Of a stretch of DNA of 64,000 bases, positions 58,882 through 64,000 are shown one piece after another. Numbering within the stretch: position 1 is the stretch's first letter; every line of letters starts with the position of its first letter. The translations under genes and the position numbers were made by a program. Location: the NCBI GenBank assembly GCA_963734545.1, contig CAVTHO010000005.1, positions 672,001 through 736,000 on the forward strand. The letters run 5' to 3'. The stretch comes from an uncultured Spirochaetota bacterium. GTDB lineage: Bacteria; Spirochaetota; Spirochaetia; SZUA-6; Fen-1364. The notes beneath the pieces were generated by a model, which did no database searches, had not been told where the DNA came from, and saw only the letters and a program-made list of their open reading frames with translations.

Positions 58882-59891
58882 GTCGACAGCTGTACCTGCT
58901 CGAAGAACGGCGTGCGCGCCGGCCGGGCCAGGAGCTTCTTCAGCTCGTCATCCAGCTTCAGCAGCGAGATGGACGCCCCGGCCATCTCCAGGGACGTGGC
59001 GAACTCACCGACGTAGACGTGGAACACCGAGATCTTCTTCTCCTTCAGGATGAGACCGACCTTGCGATAGATGAGGTAGAGCTCTTCCTTCGGCGTGGCG
59101 CCCAACCCATTGATGAGGACCGCCACCTCGGAGCCCGCTGCAAAGGGAAGGTCGCTGAGCACGGGCCCCATCATCTCTTCCACAATGGCGTCTACCTTCT
59201 TCAGCGCCCCCCGGCGGATGCCCGGCTCCCCGTGGATGCCCATCCCGATCTCCATCTCGTTCTCCCCCAGGGAGAACTGCGGCGTGCCGACCTCCGGCAC
59301 GATGTTCGGGGAAAGCGCGACCCCCATGGTCCGTACGTTGGCCCCTGCCTTCTCCGCGACGCGCTTCACTTCGGCAAGCGGCGCGAGGGTGTCCGCCATG
59401 GCCCCGGCGCACTTGTACAGGAAGAAGATCCCCGCCACGCCCCTGCGCTTGCCCTCCTGGCCCTTCGGAGCAGAGGCCACGTCCTCGGCACCCACGACCT
59501 GCTCGACCGTGATATCCTCCATGCCCGCCATGTCCCGGGCCATGTCGAAGTTCATGATGTCCCCGCCGTAGTTGCCGTAGATGTACAGCACGCCGGCCCC
59601 GCCGTTGATGGCCCGGGTGACGTTGTGCATCTGTTCGGCGCTGGGAGACTGGAACACCCCGCCCACCGAACAGCCGTCCAGCATGCCCTGGCCCACGTAG
59701 CCCAGGAACAGGGGCAGGTGGCCCGAGCCGCCCCCGGTGGCGATCCCCACCTTGCCCTTCTTCGGCGCGCCGGCGCGCACGATGCAGCGGCGGTCCCCTG
59801 CCGTGAAGGCGAGCTGGTCGGGGTGCGCAAGCAGAATGCCTTCCAGCATCTCGTCGACAAAGTGCTTCGGCTCATTGAGGAACTTCTTCAT
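58878..59891 (-). CDS. dhaK: Dihydroxyacetone-kinase-like substrate-binding subunit
   Basis: MKKFLN, GGGSGHLP, NYGGD.MNF, RRGVAG, GMGIHGEPG, NGLGATP, TSLEMAG. Confidence 0.92.
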   Translation of the reverse strand: MKKFLNEPKHFVDEMLEGILLAHPDQLAFTAGDRRCIVRAGAPKKGKVGIATGGGSGHLPLFLGYVGQGMLDGCSVGGVFQSPSAEQMHNVTRAINGGAGVLYIYGNYGGDIMNFDMARDMAGMEDITVEQVVGAEDVASAPKGQEGKRRGVAGIFFLYKCAGAMADTLAPLAEVKRVAEKAGANVRTMGVALSPNIVPEVGTPQFSLGENEMEIGMGIHGEPGIRRGALKKVDAIVEEMMGPVLSDLPFAAGSEVAVLINGLGATPKEELYLIYRKVGLILKEKKISVFHVYVGEFATSLEMAGASISLLKLDDELKKLLARPARTPFFEQVQLST

Positions 59892-59924
59892 GGAGGCCTC
59901 CTTTGTTCAGCCTGCGACGCGGGA

Positions 59925-59952
59925 ATTGTACCGCCGCGGATTGAAATGTCAA
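59925..59952 (-). promoter_or_regulatory. Sigma70-type promoter of dhaK
   Basis: TTGACA-N16-TACAAT; GGAGG RBS downstream. Confidence 0.6.
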
Positions 59953-61058
59953 CGAGGAATGTCGCCAGGAGCTGCCGTGCGAATGTCGCCAGGAGCGACC
60001 GTGCGAATGCCGCCGGGAACGCCCGTGCCGCGATGTTCGGCGGCCCGTTCAAGGTTCCGCCGGACGCTCTGCCGGTCCACCAGCTCTCCTGCGATCATCA
60101 CCTTGGAGCCGGGCTTCTGGGGGTTTTCTATCCTCTCCTTCAACAGGAGTACGGCAGTCGACCCGATCTCCTTGTTCGACACGCGGATCGTGGTGAGCGG
60201 AGGATCGTGGTGAGCGGATGCGGGAAGGTTGTCGAAGCCGATCAGCGAGATGTCCCCGGGCACCCGGCAGCCCGCCTCGCGGAGCGCGCGGGCAACTCCC
60301 AGGCAGACTATGTCGTTGCAGCAGAACAGCCCTTCGGGAAGTCGTCTCCCCGAGGAGAGCAGGGATGAAAAATCCCGGTATGCGCCTTCGTATGTCGAGT
60401 CGACGGGGAAAATGAGCTCTTCGTCGACGCTCCGTCCCAGCGCAGCCAGGGACTTCCTGAATCCCTCCTCCCGGATGCGAAAGTTGACCACGTTGACGGG
60501 AGAGGACACCATCCCGACGGTCCTGTGCCCCGTCTGCACGAGCCGGGAAACGGCGAGGTAGACGGAGTCGAGATTGTTCATGTCCACGAAATCGTAGGGC
60601 AGGAAATCGTGGAACGTGTCGAGAAACACGACCGGCCTCTGCGTGGAAGCTATTGTGTGAATGTCATCCGCTGAAAGCTCCGTGCCCAGGACCAGGAAAC
60701 CCGCGACATCCTGCTGGTCCATCTGGTAGGTGATGTCATTGATGGTCGTGCCTGCCGAGGCGGAAGAGAACTCGACCCGGAGCTGCACGTCCTTGGCCTT
60801 GTGCGTGATCCCGTCGATGTAGTCGGCAATGAATACGTTGTGGTTTTCGTTCAGCGTGTGCCCGTGCCTGATCAGCTTGAGGAGCTGCACCGTGCCGCGC
60901 ATCAGCGCGCGCGACGGTCGCTTCTTGTATCCCACTTCCCGCACTATCCCCAGGATTCTTTCCCGCGTTCTCTTGCTCACGCCTTGGCGATTGTTGAGCG
61001 CGAGAGACACGGTGGCGGCGGACACCCCGGCCTGCTTCGCAATACTTACTATGTTCAT
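59949..61058 (-). CDS. LacI family transcriptional regulator
   Basis: IAKQAGVSAATVSLALN...VS..TRERI, VPGDISLIGFDN, PPLTTI; ATG 61058 lies 6 nt after TATAAC. Confidence 0.93.
   Translation of the reverse strand: MNIVSIAKQAGVSAATVSLALNNRQGVSKRTRERILGIVREVGYKKRPSRALMRGTVQLLKLIRHGHTLNENHNVFIADYIDGITHKAKDVQLRVEFSSASAGTTINDITYQMDQQDVAGFLVLGTELSADDIHTIASTQRPVVFLDTFHDFLPYDFVDMNNLDSVYLAVSRLVQTGHRTVGMVSSPVNVVNFRIREEGFRKSLAALGRSVDEELIFPVDSTYEGAYRDFSSLLSSGRRLPEGLFCCNDIVCLGVARALREAGCRVPGDISLIGFDNLPASAHHDPPLTTIRVSNKEIGSTAVLLLKERIENPQKPGSKVMIAGELVDRQSVRRNLERAAEHRGTGVPGGIRTVAPGDIRTAAPGDIPR
59957..60028. repeat. Three tandem 24-bp repeats in the lacI 3' end
   Basis: GAATGTCGCCAGGAGCTGCCGTGC / GAATGTCGCCAGGAGCGACCGTGC / GAATGCCGCCGGGAACGCCCGTGC. 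Confidence 0.85.
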
Positions 61059-61077
61059 GCCTCGGTTATACCACACC

Positions 61078-61091
61078 TTTTTAATTAAAAA
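61078..61091. promoter_or_regulatory. Palindromic candidate operator in the lacI promoter
   Basis: TTTTTAATTAAAAA perfect palindrome between predicted -35 and -10; related TTA(A/T)TAA cores recur to about 61260. Confidence 0.45.
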
Positions 61092-61260
61092 CAAACCATA
61101 TTTTAGTTCTTCTGGACAATCACGCCTATTCTCCTATCATCTTGCATAATAAATAATTACTCGATCAACCCGGCGCCAGTTTCGAATTTGCCTGGTTTTT
61201 TTTGCCAAAATGTCCGTTATTAACAAACCGCTGCACGCCGCTCTTTAGCTAATATTAATC

Positions 61261-61289
61261 TTGACAACAACAGGAAACGGCCTGATAAT
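61261..61289 (+). promoter_or_regulatory. Sigma70-type promoter of the sugar ABC operon
   Basis: TTGACA-N17-GATAAT; TAAGGAGG RBS before 61369. Confidence 0.65.
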
Positions 61290-61368
61290 TCTGCCCGAAT
61301 GATGGGCAACGACTCGCCCGGCAGGGAGGCTCGTTTCCCTCGAAATCCCTGAGTAAGGAGGCTTTTGT

Positions 61369-62412
61369 ATGAGGAGATTCCTTGTCATTCTCGCATCGCT
61401 CCTCTTCATTTCAACCCTGGCATTTGCCTCGGGTGGAGGTGAAAAGGGCGCGGCGGCCGGCGGCAAGCAAAAGAGCATTGTGATGGTGGTGAAGCTTGAA
61501 GGCGTCGCCTGGTTCGACAATATGCGGACCGGCATCACGGCCTTCGGCAAGGACTATCCCGACATCACCGCCTCCCAGACCGGCGGCGCCACGGCGGACC
61601 CCGCTGTCCAGGCCAAGATCATCGAAGACCTGACGGCCAAGGGCGTCAACGCCATCCTCGCGGTTCCCAATGATCCGGCATCGCTCGTCTCGGTTTTCAA
61701 GAGGGCGAACGACGCAGGCATCTTCACTCTCACCCATGAAGCGTCCGTTCAGCAGCAGGTCAGCTACGATGTCGAAGCCTTCGACAACACGGCCTACGGC
61801 AAGCACATGATGGACGTCATGGCGAAGTGGATGGGAAACAAGGGCATGTGGCAGCCGTTCGTCGGGCACCTCACCTCCACGACGCACAACCAGTGGGTGG
61901 ACGGAGAAGTGGCGCAGGCCAATGCGATGTATCCCGGCCTGAAGACGGCAACTGACCGCATCGAGGAGCAGGAGAACCAGCAGATCTCGCACGACAAGAC
62001 CCTCGAGCTGCTGAAGACCTACCCTGACCTGAGGACGGTCATGGGGAGCGCCATGAGCACCGTGCCCGGCGCCGCCCAGGCAATCACGGAGAAAGGCCTC
62101 ATCGGCAAGGTGGCCGCGTTCGGCACCTGTCTCCCCTCGGTCGCCGGTGACTACATCAAGAGCGGCGCGGTCATCTCCATCCATTTCTGGGTCCCCGCGG
62201 ACGCCGGCTACGTGACGGCGCGCGCGGCCTATGAGCTGCTGAAGGGAAACAAGGTTACCGAAGGCATGAACATGGGCAAGCCCGGCTATGAGAAGGTCAC
62301 GCTCAAGAACAACGACTCCGGCGTGCCGGTCATCTACGGCGCGGCGTGGGTGGACGTGAACAAGGACAACCTGAAGGACTGGGTCAATCCCGACGGGAAG
62401 TACAAGCTGTAA
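61369..62412 (+). CDS. Sugar ABC substrate-binding protein (LsrB/rhamnose-like CUT2 family)
   Basis: Signal ...AFASGGGE; VVK..G.AWF..M..G, IEDL.AKGV.AI..VPND, THE, WVPADAG. Confidence 0.9.
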   Translation: MRRFLVILASLLFISTLAFASGGGEKGAAAGGKQKSIVMVVKLEGVAWFDNMRTGITAFGKDYPDITASQTGGATADPAVQAKIIEDLTAKGVNAILAVPNDPASLVSVFKRANDAGIFTLTHEASVQQQVSYDVEAFDNTAYGKHMMDVMAKWMGNKGMWQPFVGHLTSTTHNQWVDGEVAQANAMYPGLKTATDRIEEQENQQISHDKTLELLKTYPDLRTVMGSAMSTVPGAAQAITEKGLIGKVAAFGTCLPSVAGDYIKSGAVISIHFWVPADAGYVTARAAYELLKGNKVTEGMNMGKPGYEKVTLKNNDSGVPVIYGAAWVDVNKDNLKDWVNPDGKYKL

Positions 62413-62433
62413 CCCGACCTTTCGTTAGAATCG

Positions 62434-62487
62434 CGGGTTGATCGGTGCCGCATTCTCGTGCGACTATCCGGTCAACCCGTTTTTTTT
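62434..62487 (+). terminator. Intrinsic terminator/stabilising hairpin between the SBP and ATPase genes
   Basis: CGGGTTGATCGG...CCGGTCAACCCG followed by T8. Confidence 0.75.
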
Positions 62488-62498
62488 CTGGGGGAAGC

Positions 62499-64000
62499 AT
62501 GGCAGACGTGTTTCTCGAGGTGCGCCGCATTTCCAAGGCGTACGTCGGCGTGCAGGCACTCAACGAGGTGAGCCTTTCCATCGGGACCGGCGAGGTGCAC
62601 TGCCTCGTGGGAGAGAACGGCTCGGGCAAGTCGACGCTCATCAAGTGCATCGGCGGCGTGGTGACGCCGGATTCCGGGCAGATCGTCATCAACGGCCGGG
62701 CGCACGAGCACCTCGAGGCCATCGATGCGATCCGCGAGGGGATCCAGATCATCTACCAGGACCTCTCCCTGTATCCCAACGTGACGGTGGCGGAGAATAT
62801 TTCCCTGAACCAGTTCGTCGAGCGCCGCGCGAGCTTCGTGAACTGGGCGGAGGTGCGCGCCATCGCGGCCCGGGGGCTCGCGGAGATCGAGGAAGAGATC
62901 GACCTGGACGCCCTCGTGCAGAACCTGCCGGTGGCGAAGCGCCAGGTCGTGGCCATCACCCGCAGCCTCACCCAGGGCGCAAAGCTGATCATCATGGACG
63001 AGCCGACCTCGGCCATCACCCGCCAGGACGTGGACCATCTCTTCTCCGTCATCGCGCGGCTGAAGCAGAAGGGGATCTCCACGCTGTTCATCAGCCACAA
63101 GCTGAGCGAGGTCTTCGAGATCGCGGACCTCGTCACCATCCTCCGGGACGGGAAAAAGGTAGGAGACTACCCTGCCGGAGAGCTGGACGACCAGAAGCTC
63201 ACCTTCCTCATGACGGGGCGGAACATCCAGTACACCCCCTACCGTTTTTCGAAGGAGAGGCAGGAACAGGCCCCCCTGCTCGAGGTGCGATCCTTGAGCC
63301 GGCGGGGGCACTTCCAGGATGTGAGCTTCTCCCTGCGGGCCGGGGAGATACTCGGCCTCACGGGTCTCATCGGATCGGGCCGCACCGAGCTTGCCCTTGC
63401 CCTGTTCGGGCTGAACCGCCCGGACTCGGGAGAAGTCCTTCTGCACGGGAAGCCGGTGCACATCGGATCCCCCGAGGACGCGGTGAGGCTGGGCATCGGT
63501 TATCTGCCCGAGGACCGGCTCACGCAGGGGCTGTTCATCAGCCAGTCCATCGGAGACAACATCGTCATCACCGTGCTGAAGAAGCTGCTCGCGTTCCTCG
63601 GGCTGCTCGACCCCGCCCGGGTAAGGAAAACACAGGAGGGGTGGATCTCGGAACTGAAGATCAAGGCCCCGTCGGTGCGGGTACGCGCGTGGAGCCTCTC
63701 GGGGGGCAACCAGCAGAGGGTGGTCCTGGCGAAGTGGCTGGCCACCGAGCCGAAGGTGTTCATCCTGGACGGGCCGACCATCGGAATAGACATCGCCTCG
63801 AAGAGCAACATCCACGAGATCATCCGCTCCCTCGCGGAGAAGGGGATCGCCATCATCGTGATCTCCGACGAGATCCCGGAGATCCTGCACAGCTGCAACC
63901 GTGTCCTCGTGATGCGCGAGGGGCGGCTGGAAAAGGAGGTCCCTGACGTCGCCGCCGTCGGGGAGGCGGAGCTGCTCTCTGTCGTCAGCGGAAAGCTCTC
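62499..64000 (+). CDS. Sugar ABC transporter ATPase, tandem NBD (runs off window end; absent from ORF track)
   Basis: Manual translation MADVFLEVRRISKAYVGVQALNEVSL...GENGSGKSTLIK...IMDEPT...ISHKL...LPEDR...LSGGNQQ. Confidence 0.93.
   Translation, partial: MADVFLEVRRISKAYVGVQALNEVSLSIGTGEVHCLVGENGSGKSTLIKCIGGVVTPDSGQIVINGRAHEHLEAIDAIREGIQIIYQDLSLYPNVTVAENISLNQFVERRASFVNWAEVRAIAARGLAEIEEEIDLDALVQNLPVAKRQVVAITRSLTQGAKLIIMDEPTSAITRQDVDHLFSVIARLKQKGISTLFISHKLSEVFEIADLVTILRDGKKVGDYPAGELDDQKLTFLMTGRNIQYTPYRFSKERQEQAPLLEVRSLSRRGHFQDVSFSLRAGEILGLTGLIGSGRTELALALFGLNRPDSGEVLLHGKPVHIGSPEDAVRLGIGYLPEDRLTQGLFISQSIGDNIVITVLKKLLAFLGLLDPARVRKTQEGWISELKIKAPSVRVRAWSLSGGNQQRVVLAKWLATEPKVFILDGPTIGIDIASKSNIHEIIRSLAEKGIAIIVISDEIPEILHSCNRVLVMREGRLEKEVPDVAAVGEAELLSVVSGKL

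Noticed and set aside
61369-62412. AI-2 quorum-sensing (lsr) operon
   Set aside because: The binding protein is only family-level similar. The regulator is LacI-type rather than LsrR, and no lsrF or lsrG is visible.
63760-63785. Degenerate Walker B (ILDGPT) in the second NBD of the sugar ABC ATPase
   Set aside because: Degenerate second nucleotide-binding domains are common in tandem-NBD sugar ATPases.

Overview
GC-rich (roughly 65%) bacterial chromosomal segment, most likely from a free-living Spirochaetia member. This is inferred from the spirochaete-style Lgt, the STAS+Zn-ribbon protein, FapA, a FecR/LipL45-like protein and an Asp-type MurA. It holds about 65 genes: an nfu-sor-ferritin oxidative-stress unit, murA-phzF, a PspA-centred envelope-stress operon, livKHMGF, trmJ, a sigma-54 activator, fur-feoB-dtxR/feoA, glycosyl- and acyltransferases, rsmE-ctpA, minD-like/ccdA-like/fapA/lgt, nifSU, a membrane LuxR regulator, a large sugar-catabolism region, a GldAFG-like ABC system and a LacI-controlled sugar ABC transporter. 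I found no rRNA, tRNA, CRISPR array, transposase or phage genes. At least seven genes carry single-base frameshifts that look like sequencing errors. Best novelty candidates: (1) an amidohydrolase fused to an Omp85-type beta-barrel (18058-20325); (2) a membrane-bound LuxR gene followed by a promoter and a structured, A-rich candidate small RNA (40665-41727); (3) a pspA operon carrying two divergent LptF/LptG-like membrane proteins and djlA (3871-9769). All family assignments come from motif recognition by eye, not database searches.
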